From: Candidatus Bathyarchaeota archaeon
Lineage (GTDB): Archaea > Thermoproteota > Bathyarchaeia > 40CM-2-53-6
DNA length: 64,000 bases
Direction of reading: 5' to 3'
Assembly: GCA_005884195.1 (NCBI GenBank)
Contig: VBBP01000053.1
Span: 6,548 to 70,547 of the forward strand
Part shown: positions 1-9,137 of the stretch, one piece after another
Layout: the number at the start of each line of letters is the position of its first letter
How positions within the stretch are numbered: the first letter of the stretch is position 1
The notes under the pieces: model-generated
Databases searched by the model: none
The model's input: the letters and a program-made list of their open reading frames with translations, nothing else
Told to the model about the DNA's origin: nothing
Made by a program: the position numbers and the translations under genes

Positions 1-2
1 TC

Positions 3-338
3 CCGGCTGTCGTAATCGTAGCCGCGGCAGTCCTACTGCTGGCAAGCATCATAGTCAGGAGAAGGAGGTCACTACCGGCTTCCGCAACCTCGAAGACTAA
101 GCTTCCGATCGGCACGGCTGTGGCAATTGGATTGATCCTATTCGCGTTCGCAGTACAAATAACGCCAACTTCGACCGCCAAGTGTATCGGCCTTCCTCCG
201 CCACCGCCTAACGGACAGCCGGTTGGGCCAGACTATGTTGGACTGGCCTTGGATATTGGATCTCTCGCGTTCTTCGCCCTTGTAGCCTATCTCTTGTTGC
301 GAGACAGATTCCGAAAGAAAGGCCGTGACAGAAAGTGA
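3..338 (+). CDS. Membrane protein, 5'-truncated by window edge
   Basis: The frame of ORF 120..338 is open back to position 3 (PAVVIVAAAVLLLASIIVRRRR...). Three hydrophobic segments and a basic C-terminal tail. Confidence 0.6.
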   Translation, partial: PAVVIVAAAVLLLASIIVRRRRSLPASATSKTKLPIGTAVAIGLILFAFAVQITPTSTAKCIGLPPPPPNGQPVGPDYVGLALDIGSLAFFALVAYLLLRDRFRKKGRDRK

Positions 339-345
339 AAGCACG

Positions 346-1113
346 CTAAAGCTTAGAGTACCAGATGTAGCAAATTGTCCCGAGCAATGCAAAGGCCAGC
401 GAAGGCCCTGCAAGGGTCGCGATAGACCCCAGTGAATCGCCGGCAGGCACTTGTGCAAAGGAAATTGGTGACAATTGTCTGAATGCCTGAATGGCCCATG
501 TCATCGGGTTCGACGAAACTATTGGGGCTAGAAAGCTGGGAAACACACTTACTGGATAGAACAGGGCGCTGAGAAAGGACAGGTAAAGTTGGATCGCACT
601 TCTAACAGTGACCCACATTTCTATACTCGAAGAGAACGCGGAGATAGCCATTGAAAGACCAACTATTCCGAGTGAGAAGAGGCCTACTATCAGGTAGGCT
701 ACGAAAATTTTCGGAGTAAAAAGGATGCCGTAGAGGTAGCAGATTACAAGGGTCCCAGGGAACGTCGCGATCACACTTCTAACAACCCCGCCTAGGACCC
801 TTGAGAAAGCGAGAACCGGCCGTTGCACCGGAAGAGTCAGAAGGTACGATGTCAGGTCTTTGATATACTTCTCACGCCAAACATCTCTGCCTGACTGGAA
901 GGCCGCAACCATGGCCGTTATCAAGTTCGATCCAGGTGCAATGTAGAGAAAGTAGTTCGCTCCCTGGCCAGTGACAAGTCGACCAAAAGTCGCAGCCGTC
1001 ACGAAGAGGTCGATCGAAAAGTTCGCGAACATTATCGCAACAAGGAACGCGTCGGAAAAGAGGATCCTCACATCTCTCTCGATGATCAGAGGAATGAGTC
1101 TCGCGTTGCTCAA
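346..1113 (-). CDS. ABC-2 type exporter permease
   Basis: About 6 TM; YLLTLPV and FYPVSVFP..NPMTWA motifs; 4-bp overlap with upstream permease. Confidence 0.85.
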   Translation of the reverse strand: MSNARLIPLIIERDVRILFSDAFLVAIMFANFSIDLFVTAATFGRLVTGQGANYFLYIAPGSNLITAMVAAFQSGRDVWREKYIKDLTSYLLTLPVQRPVLAFSRVLGGVVRSVIATFPGTLVICYLYGILFTPKIFVAYLIVGLFSLGIVGLSMAISAFSSSIEMWVTVRSAIQLYLSFLSALFYPVSVFPSFLAPIVSSNPMTWAIQAFRQLSPISFAQVPAGDSLGSIATLAGPSLAFALLGTICYIWYSKL

Positions 1114-1922
1114 GCGTATACGCCTCCTTCAAGACGGCGGAAGTAGAACGTAGCCCCCAAGCCCAGGAAGATTACGACGAATGCGACTAGCCCTGCAATC
1201 GCGGGAAGATCTAGAGTCAACATGACTAGCGACGAATACGCACTATCCGCGGCAAACGAAACTGGTGAGAAGGGAGCGAAAACCGCGACGTAGACCGGGA
1301 TGAAACCGATCGGGTAGAGCGCTGTGCTTGCCCTTGACACCGCAAGCTCAAGGAGAGCAAGGACCACATCGAACCTGTTCGCGTTCTTTACACTCACGGC
1401 CACAGTTATCGACATGCCAGTAACACCGAAGGCCAAAAGAAAGAGAGATAGGAGCGCAGTAAGGATCGGGAGGGGCTGGCTGAACCCCCAAAAAACAGCG
1501 ACGATAACAAACATCGGTATGGTGTAGACTATGGCTCTCATCGCCCCGCCTAAAGCTCGTCCAATGATGAGCTGGCGTCTCGAAATTGGGAGCGTCAGCA
1601 GATAATCGAGCACCCCTTCTTCCGCCTCTTCGAAGATGTCATAACCAATAACGAATGAGATCGATGCGATGGTCGTGACTACGCTTCCTACTGCATAGTA
1701 CTCGAAGTAATTGATCCCTTGAATATGGATGAGTCCACTAATGAGGTTGGCGAAAACAAAGACCTGTACGATGAACGACAGTGCCCGGGTTATGATGATC
1801 CATGGGGTCCTGAAAAGGACTGACACATCTCTAAGAGCCATCTGTAGGATGAGATGAGTAGGCGGTTTTGCGGTTGTGCTGGTCTCATTCAAGCTGTTGT
1901 CCGGTGTAGGTGAGGAAGACAT
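1110..1922 (-). CDS. ABC-2 type exporter permease
   Basis: EEGVLDYLLTLPISRRQLIIGR and LYP..SPVS motifs. True start may be slightly downstream. Confidence 0.85.
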   Translation of the reverse strand: MSSSPTPDNSLNETSTTAKPPTHLILQMALRDVSVLFRTPWIIITRALSFIVQVFVFANLISGLIHIQGINYFEYYAVGSVVTTIASISFVIGYDIFEEAEEGVLDYLLTLPISRRQLIIGRALGGAMRAIVYTIPMFVIVAVFWGFSQPLPILTALLSLFLLAFGVTGMSITVAVSVKNANRFDVVLALLELAVSRASTALYPIGFIPVYVAVFAPFSPVSFAADSAYSSLVMLTLDLPAIAGLVAFVVIFLGLGATFYFRRLEGGVYA

Positions 1923-2814
1923 CTTCCAAGCTAACCTCCTTCAACCGCACGCTTTCGATCTTGAACCCTTGAATGCTCAGCGTATCGACTATCTTGGGAA
2001 GAAGAAGTGTCCCGGAGTTGAGGAAGACCATGATCTTGTTGTTCTGTTTCTTTACATCATGGACCTCGGGGAACTTGGTTAACATATCGGGTCTAAACTC
2101 TGACCCATCGTTTAGGGTAAGCTCAAGCACTTCTCCACCCTTTACAGTCCCTTTCAACTGTTCAGGGGTTTCACTTGCGACTAGCTTGCCCTTGTTGACT
2201 ATAGCAACTCTCTCGGATAGGCGTTCCGCCTCGTCCATCATGTTCGTGGCCACTATGACGGTCGATCCCTCGTCTCGTAGCTGGCGGATCATCTTCCAGA
2301 CCAACAACCTGCTGGGAACGTCTAGGAAGGCCGTCGGCTCGTCGAATACCGCTATGCTCGGCCGCTGGACAAGGATCTTCGCGTCCTCTATCTTCTTCTT
2401 CATCCCTCCACTCATGAGCCAGGTCCGTTTCTTTCGCGCGTCCCAGAGGTCGAGAGTCTTCAGAACATCCTCCACTTTTCGTCGGCGCTCGTCTTTGTCG
2501 GATGTTGTGGTCATTTTTAGGTGCCAGTTCAACACCTCGAACCCGCTCAGGATACCGTCCACGCGGGGGTCCTGGAACGCGATTCCGATGAGTCTCCTAA
2601 CCTCGTTAGGATGTTTCACAACGTCAAAGCCGTTGACTGTTATCGTCCCGCTAGTGGGGCGATAGACCGTTCCCATCATAAGCATCAGAGTAGTTTTTCC
2701 CGCGCCGTTCGGTCCGAGAAGCCCTAGAATCTCCCCATCCTTGATGGTGATCGAGAAATCCTTGACGGCGTCAAGGTTGCCGAAACGCTTTCCAGTTCTC
2801 TCGAACGTTATCAT
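1885..2814 (-). CDS. ABC exporter ATP-binding subunit (DrrA/NodI-like)
   Basis: Walker A GPNGAGKTT, signature MSGGM, Walker B AVFDEPT, C-terminal SLEDVFLTYTG. Confidence 0.92.
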   Translation of the reverse strand: MITFERTGKRFGNLDAVKDFSITIKDGEILGLLGPNGAGKTTLMLMMGTVYRPTSGTITVNGFDVVKHPNEVRRLIGIAFQDPRVDGILSGFEVLNWHLKMTTTSDKDERRRKVEDVLKTLDLWDARKKRTWLMSGGMKKKIEDAKILVQRPSIAVFDEPTAFLDVPSRLLVWKMIRQLRDEGSTVIVATNMMDEAERLSERVAIVNKGKLVASETPEQLKGTVKGGEVLELTLNDGSEFRPDMLTKFPEVHDVKKQNNKIMVFLNSGTLLLPKIVDTLSIQGFKIESVRLKEVSLEDVFLTYTGQQLE

Positions 2815-2954
2815 GGACAGCCCGTCCTATGTTGTGAAACCGCAGGGAACACCAGCACGCAGTTCGCTTCAGCGAATCGAACATGGAGCCGGATAAAAAC
2901 CCGCGACTCGCCCGCGTACGCTTTTGAAGAGGTTCTGAGCAGGGCTCGACCAAG

Positions 2955-3527
2955 ATGGACTTCACGAGAACGGTTCTTATCCGCAGAATGATTCGAGCCT
3001 TCAAGCCAGACCCAGTGTCGAGGGAGAAGATAGATCGGATTCTCTCTGTCGCCCAACATTATCCCAGCGCCGGCTACAGTCAGGAAGTTGCGTTCGTAGT
3101 CGTAACCGACAAAGAGCGACGAAAGCGAATACGCGAACTAAGGGATCTGAAAAGCGACGCCCCCGTTCTACTGATACCATGCGTCAGCGAGAAGATTGTC
3201 CACGATCGCTATCATGAGCCTGACAAGATCCGGTCTGGAGGAAAAGAGATCGACTGGCCCGTCCCATTCTGGTACTTCGACGTTGGATGCAGCTGCATGC
3301 TGGTTTTCCTGGCAGCCGCAAACGAAGGCCTAGCATCATCTTTCGCAGGCAGCGTTGGAATCTTCAAACCAGGACTCTTGAGAAAGGAGCTGGGCATACC
3401 CCAACATTACGAACCCGTCGGCGTTCTATCGCTAGGGTATCCAGACTTAGCTAGCGAGGTTCCTTCGCAATCGTTGAAACGTGGAAGACGACCCCTGAAG
3501 GATTTTGTCCACTACGAGAATTGGTGA
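2955..3527 (+). CDS. Nitroreductase family protein
   Basis: RRMIRAF, PSAGYSQ, AANEGLAS and LGYP motifs. Confidence 0.88.
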   Translation: MDFTRTVLIRRMIRAFKPDPVSREKIDRILSVAQHYPSAGYSQEVAFVVVTDKERRKRIRELRDLKSDAPVLLIPCVSEKIVHDRYHEPDKIRSGGKEIDWPVPFWYFDVGCSCMLVFLAAANEGLASSFAGSVGIFKPGLLRKELGIPQHYEPVGVLSLGYPDLASEVPSQSLKRGRRPLKDFVHYENW

Positions 3528-3646
3528 CATCGAACTGAATTGTCCGGCGAGACCTTCGATCAGTCGAGAGTGGACCGGAGATCTTTGTTGTGTTGGACGA
3601 CCGACTTGAGGATTGTCAGATAGTAAGACCCGCTAGGTTGCGTCGA

Positions 3647-4153
3647 CTAAATTACGTCCAGTTCGGCCTTTTCATGCACGTAGATTGTTGTGATAACGGG
3701 TTCGTAGATTTGGAACTTACCGGTTGTCGTTGCTTGGAAATTGATTGACTTAGCTTCACCAAGGTAAGCAACTATGCCGTTGGGCGCGTAGAACTGAACA
3801 GCTAACCCGTGGGATTGCACAGAATCGTTGTTGATCAAGCGCAAAACAACAGTGTCACCTTTCGGCACGCTCATCGCAGGAATAGTCTGATGTACGCTGT
3901 TATTTTATCCGTTCGAACTAGCCACGATTGTAAAACAATGAGTGTGCCCAGTTGTGACGCACGGTATGATCGCGGTTGATGGAATGTGGATTGCCAGGAA
4001 ATAGATCGCGACCGTGGATGCAACAAGTGTGATCGCCACGATGCTAACGAGGGGCCTCCTCTTAGGTCGAAGAATGGATTTTCGCTTCTGAGGTTTCCGC
4101 CAAGTTTGCAGATCCTCCAAGGGCGGTCTTGATAGGTAAGGGTTATGGCTCAA
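3647..4153 (-). pseudogene. Membrane-anchored cupredoxin-like protein interrupted by an in-frame TAA
   Basis: ORFs 3905..4153 and 3647..3874 are in the same frame; the junction reads SSNG*NNSVHQTIPAMSVPKGDTVVLRLINNDSVQSHGL, a cupredoxin-like pattern. Confidence 0.6.
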
Positions 4154-4239
4154 CGCGCGAATCGATCTGAACGATTCTTCCTATACAATACGTCCGTTAC
4201 AAACGTTCGAACGGTTATCGCGAGCATCTTTCGACCTAG

Positions 4240-4992
4240 TTAGCATTGGAGTAGCGAGTCCGCGGCCCGATTTGGGTTAGCGCTTCGCAAATCGTAGTAT
4301 AGTCTTCTGTTAGTTTTTCCCTTGTTTTCCAGCTTTAGCAACTGGATTTGTCCAATCTCTTTGAGATGAGATACGTGCAGTCCTCCGTCCGCTTGGCGGT
4401 CTACGCCTTCGATTTCGACAATCCTAAGCTGGGCCTCTGCTGGTGGTGCGGCCTCGGCAAGCTTGACCATATCTGGGAGCTTGAGCGCTTCTTCTCGCTT
4501 CAGAAAATATGTCTTGACCGGTGCGTCCCTTCTGATAAGTTCGTTTGCTTCCGTCACGTATCCTTCGATCTGGGTCCGGTCGAAGGATTCAAGGTTGAAG
4601 TCCATTCTAGATCGGTCGACATCGATCTGGTTCCCCGTTATTCGACAGTTAGCTCTCGTATAGAATAGAGAGCTGAGAAGGTGGCCGGCCGTATGCATCT
4701 TCATGAGTCGATGTCTCCTTTCCCAATCGACCAGTCCCTTCACCTTGTCTCCGGGTTTCAGAGATGCGGGAGACTCTATCGTGTGGAGTATCTTGTCGTC
4801 GGCTTTTGTCGTCTCTTGGACCTTTGACGCGTTCAGCGTTCCAGTGTCGCAGGCCACTCCGCCACCGCGTGGGTAGAACAGGGTCTGGTCCAGAACAACT
4901 GCTTGCCCTTCGACCGAAGAAACCTTCGCAACGAACTCTTTGGAATAGGGTTCTTCCCAGTACAGCTTCCTCGTAATGGATAATCTCTCCAA
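4240..4992 (-). CDS. alaX: Alanyl-tRNA editing protein AlaX-M
   Basis: LDQTLFYPRGGG, HTAGH and QADGGLHV zinc/editing motifs. Confidence 0.9.
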   Translation of the reverse strand: MERLSITRKLYWEEPYSKEFVAKVSSVEGQAVVLDQTLFYPRGGGVACDTGTLNASKVQETTKADDKILHTIESPASLKPGDKVKGLVDWERRHRLMKMHTAGHLLSSLFYTRANCRITGNQIDVDRSRMDFNLESFDRTQIEGYVTEANELIRRDAPVKTYFLKREEALKLPDMVKLAEAAPPAEAQLRIVEIEGVDRQADGGLHVSHLKEIGQIQLLKLENKGKTNRRLYYDLRSANPNRAADSLLQC

Positions 4993-4996
4993 ACGA

Positions 4997-5824
4997 CTAT
5001 CGTGCAGCCGATGGCCTTATGATCACTGGCTCCTTGGTATTCTTTGACTGGGTGTAGATTTCCTGAGCCTCCCTAACACTTGCGCCTTTGTGTACTATTT
5101 CTCGAACTGCTCTGATCATTGGCACGGGATGCTCTGACTGCCAAATGTTTCGTCCCATGTCAACGCCCACAGCCCCTTCGCCGATCGCGTCATGGGCGAG
5201 TTGAAACGCGTCCAGCTCGGTCTCGAGTTTTGGTCCTCCAGCCACGACCAAAGGCACTGGGCAGCCCTTAACGACCTTTCCGAAATCCTCGCAATAGTAT
5301 GTCTTGACAAAATGGGCCCCGAGTTCGGCGGCGATTCTGCAGGCTAGCGCGAGATAGCGCGCGTCCCGTTTCTCCAGCTCCTTGCCTACGGCTGTAACAG
5401 CGAGAACGGGAATACCGTGTTCCTCGCCCTCGTTCACAACCCTTCCAAGGTTCGTCAAGGTCTGGTGCTCGTGGGCCGAGCCGACAAAGATCGAGAGGGC
5501 CATCGCTGCAACGTTCAACCGGACCGCGTCGCGGACAGAGGTTGTGATAGCCTCGTTTGTCAGGGCGTCCCCGATAATGCTGGCTCCACCGGATACGCGA
5601 AGGACAATAGGAACGTTCGACCTAGGATCGATAGAGGTCCTCAGTACTCCTCGTGTACACATTATGGCATCGGAATAGGCCAGAAGAGGTTCGATCGTCT
5701 TCCGAGGCTCCTCTAGCTTGTGAGTCGGACCCATGAAGTAGCCATGGTCCACCGCGAGCATCACGGTTCTGCCCGTTTCAGGCTTGACTATCCTTGAAAG
5801 TCGGTTTTTCATTCCCCAGTCCAT
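4997..5824 (-). CDS. lsrF: LsrF-type thiolase / class I aldolase family
   Basis: DWGMKNRLSRI..TGRTVMLAVDHGYFMGP, VKTYY, AGGPK and VDMGRNIWQ closely follow LsrF. Confidence 0.85.
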   Translation of the reverse strand: MDWGMKNRLSRIVKPETGRTVMLAVDHGYFMGPTHKLEEPRKTIEPLLAYSDAIMCTRGVLRTSIDPRSNVPIVLRVSGGASIIGDALTNEAITTSVRDAVRLNVAAMALSIFVGSAHEHQTLTNLGRVVNEGEEHGIPVLAVTAVGKELEKRDARYLALACRIAAELGAHFVKTYYCEDFGKVVKGCPVPLVVAGGPKLETELDAFQLAHDAIGEGAVGVDMGRNIWQSEHPVPMIRAVREIVHKGASVREAQEIYTQSKNTKEPVIIRPSAAR

Positions 5825-6063
5825 AATTCTACACCTGAACGAGGTAGCGGTGGGAACGGAATATTACAGTTTCTCCCTCCCGCGGTTTTCGACTTGAATC
5901 CAAGAAGGAAACCGTAAGAAATCGTGAAGTGCTGAGAGAATTAATTCTCGGGCAGAGTCAAAAATTCGATACCTAAATGGAGAGTCGGAGGCTACTAAAT
6001 CCCTATATCGCAACCGGGCGTCGGGTCTCGTCAACGAACAGGCTGCTTTCAAGAGGCTTGTAG

Positions 6064-6897
6064 ATGATCCGACAAGGCTGGCCTTACTTTGACGGATGGC
6101 CCTTCCCGGAAAGATGGGTTCACCTAGACGGGCTAGCAATCCACTATGTAGACGAGGGCTCTGGTACCCGTCCAGTTGTAATGATTCACGGCAATCCCGC
6201 TTGGTCTTATATGTGGAGGCGACTCGTCCCCGCCATCACCGGTTCCGGTCATCGAGCCCTTGCATTCGACCTAATGGGTTTTGGAAAATCAGAAAAGCCG
6301 AACCCGGACCTCCATGATTTTCCTCATCACGCGAGAATAGTCTCTAGCTACATCGAGTCTCTAGGGCTCAGGAATCTAATTCTGATCTTGCACGACTGGG
6401 GAGGACCACTCGCAATGCAGTACGTGATACGACACCCGCAAAACGTCGCGGGTTTAGTCATCATGAACACCTTCCTCACATCCGACTATCGTCTTCCTCC
6501 CCAAGTAGCGGCGAAAATCACCCCCTCGATTATCAAGGAATCATCCGTTCATCCTGAGAATATCTCAGAGAGCGCCATGGAAGCCTACTGGGCCCCCTTC
6601 CCTGATGATGAAGCGAAGAAAGCCTACCAAGCATTTCCCAGAATGTTTCCTGACTCGCCCACACATCCCAGCTTCAAGCCAATGAAAGAGATAGAGCAGG
6701 GTCTCCCTAGGCTGAAGCTTCCGACCCTAGTAATTTGGGGAACAGGAAAATCGCCCCCGACCTACGCTGAGAGAATCGCCAAGATGATTCCAAATGCAAA
6801 GTTGACTCAGGTGAAGGCGGGACACTTCGTCCCGGAGGACGCACCCGATGAAGTTGAGAAGCTCATCATAGGCTTCTTCTCCGATAACCTTCTCTAG
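6064..6897 (+). CDS. Alpha/beta hydrolase, haloalkane dehalogenase-like
   Basis: HGNP, DLMGFGKSEKP, HDWGG (Asp nucleophile), AGHFVPED (catalytic His). Confidence 0.85.
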   Translation: MIRQGWPYFDGWPFPERWVHLDGLAIHYVDEGSGTRPVVMIHGNPAWSYMWRRLVPAITGSGHRALAFDLMGFGKSEKPNPDLHDFPHHARIVSSYIESLGLRNLILILHDWGGPLAMQYVIRHPQNVAGLVIMNTFLTSDYRLPPQVAAKITPSIIKESSVHPENISESAMEAYWAPFPDDEAKKAYQAFPRMFPDSPTHPSFKPMKEIEQGLPRLKLPTLVIWGTGKSPPTYAERIAKMIPNAKLTQVKAGHFVPEDAPDEVEKLIIGFFSDNLL

Positions 6898-7026
6898 CCA
6901 AGCAATAGGACCTCTCCATGAGGTTACCCCCACCTGGGGTAGACCTACTGTCAGCCTAGTAACGTCTAGGTCGTAGCGAGAAATAAGTTAAAAGGTTCCG
7001 CATAGAACACGGCACATTGATCCAGA

Positions 7027-8115
7027 ATGAAGAACGACGCGTTACCGATAGAAGGAATAGACTACGTTGAGCTGTACGTTGGAAACGCGAAGCAAGCAAG
7101 TTATTTTTACAAAAACGGGTTCGGCTTTTCACCCGTCGCATACAGTGGACCCGAGACAGGAGTCAAGGACAAGACGTCATATCTTATGCAGCAAGGCGAT
7201 ATCCGACTTCTACTCACCTCCTCCCTGATCCCAGATCATCCCATCTCCAGATACGTCATCACCCACGGAGACGGCGTAGCCGACGTTGCTATGCGAGTCA
7301 AGGATGTTGACTGGACGTACAAGGAAGCCGTTCGGCGCGGCGCCAAAGGAATACAGGCCCCTAAGATCCTCAAGGACGATCATGGTACCATAAGAGGCGC
7401 TGCTATCGCTGCCTACGGAGACACTGTTCACACCTTCATTGAGCGTCACGATTATCATGGAATATTCGCCCCGGGGTATGTGCCATTCCAGGGCAAGGCT
7501 GAATCTGTCGGGTTGAAACACGTAGACCACGTCGTTGCTAACGTCGAAGAAGGAAAGATGGACTATTGGGTAGAATTCTACGGCAACGTTTTCGGATTCA
7601 CACAGCTCATTAGCTTCGACGACAAAGACATCAGCACCGAATACTCCGCCCTCCGCTCCAAGGTGATGCGCAACCCTACTGGGACGGTGAAGTTCCCGAT
7701 CAACGAGCCGGCTGCGGGAAAGAAGAAATCGCAGATACAAGAATACCTGGACTATTTCAAAGGGGCCGGCGTCCAACACCTCGCTATATCAACTGAAGAT
7801 CTCGTCGCGACCGTCGCGAGATTGGCCGAGCGGGGAATAGAATTCTTGCGGACGCCGGACAGCTATTACGCGGAGCTTCCTAAGCGCGTCGGAGGAATCT
7901 CGGAGAGAATCGATGATCTAAAACGTCTCGGCATACTGGTCGACAAGGACGAGAAGGGCTACATGCTCCAGATATTCACCAAACCCCTCCAGGACCGGCC
8001 CACACTCTTCTTCGAACTTATTCAGAGAAAGGGTAGCGAATCCTTCGGAAAGGGCAACTTCAAGGCCCTGTTCCAGTCCATAGAGGCAGAACAGGCGAAA
8101 CGAGGAAACCTCTAG
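7027..8115 (+). CDS. hppD: 4-hydroxyphenylpyruvate dioxygenase
   Basis: DHVVANV, KSQIQEYL, GVQHLA, LQIFTKP, FFELIQR, FGKGNFKALF. Confidence 0.97.
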   Translation: MKNDALPIEGIDYVELYVGNAKQASYFYKNGFGFSPVAYSGPETGVKDKTSYLMQQGDIRLLLTSSLIPDHPISRYVITHGDGVADVAMRVKDVDWTYKEAVRRGAKGIQAPKILKDDHGTIRGAAIAAYGDTVHTFIERHDYHGIFAPGYVPFQGKAESVGLKHVDHVVANVEEGKMDYWVEFYGNVFGFTQLISFDDKDISTEYSALRSKVMRNPTGTVKFPINEPAAGKKKSQIQEYLDYFKGAGVQHLAISTEDLVATVARLAERGIEFLRTPDSYYAELPKRVGGISERIDDLKRLGILVDKDEKGYMLQIFTKPLQDRPTLFFELIQRKGSESFGKGNFKALFQSIEAEQAKRGNL

Positions 8116-8121
8116 CCTCAG

Positions 8122-9132
8122 ATGAAACTGGTCGTTTACACCACAAAGAAATCGCCGAATAAGACTCGTACTGGGCTGCTGTGGGGCGAATGGATACTAG
8201 ACATCGATCGGGTCGCTAGCTTCGCCGAGAAACTGAACATTCCTCCTCCACGTTCGATTCGAAGTCTCCCGGCAACTGCGACAATTCAACAGATTCTGTC
8301 CAAGAGTCCCACACTCTTGGACGATCTTCAATCCTTGTCGTGGCGGATCTTCAACAGAGTCCCCCCAGAACATGTTCACCGATTCATGAGCAAAACCGAA
8401 GATGCTATGATCAAGGCTCCGATTTCTGACCCACCCACTCTGCGAGATTTCTATGCATTCGAAGACCATGTCAAGGCCGCCCGAGCACGACGAAGCCTTC
8501 CAATGCCCCAAGAGTGGTACGATTTTCCCGCCTTCTACTACTCAAACCCGCACGCGATCTACGGTCCCGGAGTGGATGTGCCCTATCCATCCTACACCAA
8601 GACGCTTGACTACGAGCTTGAGATTGCTTGCATAATCGGGCGAGGCGGAATCGACATACCTGAAGCCGAAGCGGAGTCCCACATTGCAGGCTATACCATA
8701 ATGAATGATTGGAGTGCAAGAGATGTTCAGGTGGGCGAGATGAATATTGGGCTGGGTCCAGCTAAGGCAAAGGATTTTGCCACTTCCCTCGGACCCTGGC
8801 TTGTTACACCTGATGAGCTGCAGGATCGGAAGACTGGTCCTGGCAAGTTCAACCTCAAGATGACCGCCAAGGTCAACAACAAACAACTGTCAATGGGAAA
8901 CATGGACAAGATGCACTGGACCTTTCCTCAAATGATATCCCGTGCCTCGCAATCCGTTCAGCTCCAACCTGGAGAAGTGTTCGGATCGGGAACTGTGGGC
9001 ACAGGGTCTCTCTTGGAGCTCGGACAGGATGTCCATCCTTGGCTTCGACCTGGGGATATGGTGGAGCTCGAAATCGAAAGACTTGGAGCGCTGCGAAACA
9101 AAGTTATACGCCCCGAGAAAAGCTCAGTGTGA
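8122..9132 (+). CDS. Fumarylacetoacetate hydrolase family protein
   Basis: RDFYAFEDH, LDYELE, NDWSARD, KAKDFA, GSGT; sits between hppD and hmgA. Confidence 0.92.
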   Translation: MKLVVYTTKKSPNKTRTGLLWGEWILDIDRVASFAEKLNIPPPRSIRSLPATATIQQILSKSPTLLDDLQSLSWRIFNRVPPEHVHRFMSKTEDAMIKAPISDPPTLRDFYAFEDHVKAARARRSLPMPQEWYDFPAFYYSNPHAIYGPGVDVPYPSYTKTLDYELEIACIIGRGGIDIPEAEAESHIAGYTIMNDWSARDVQVGEMNIGLGPAKAKDFATSLGPWLVTPDELQDRKTGPGKFNLKMTAKVNNKQLSMGNMDKMHWTFPQMISRASQSVQLQPGEVFGSGTVGTGSLLELGQDVHPWLRPGDMVELEIERLGALRNKVIRPEKSSV

Positions 9133-9137
9133 ACGAA

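Noticed and set aside
1973-2665. 230-aa antisense ORF (and many similar shadow ORFs in the track)
   Set aside because: Mirror frames of well-supported genes on the opposite strand.
9039-9137. N-terminal extension of hmgA
   Set aside because: Overlaps the FAH gene; family similarity begins at about 9138.
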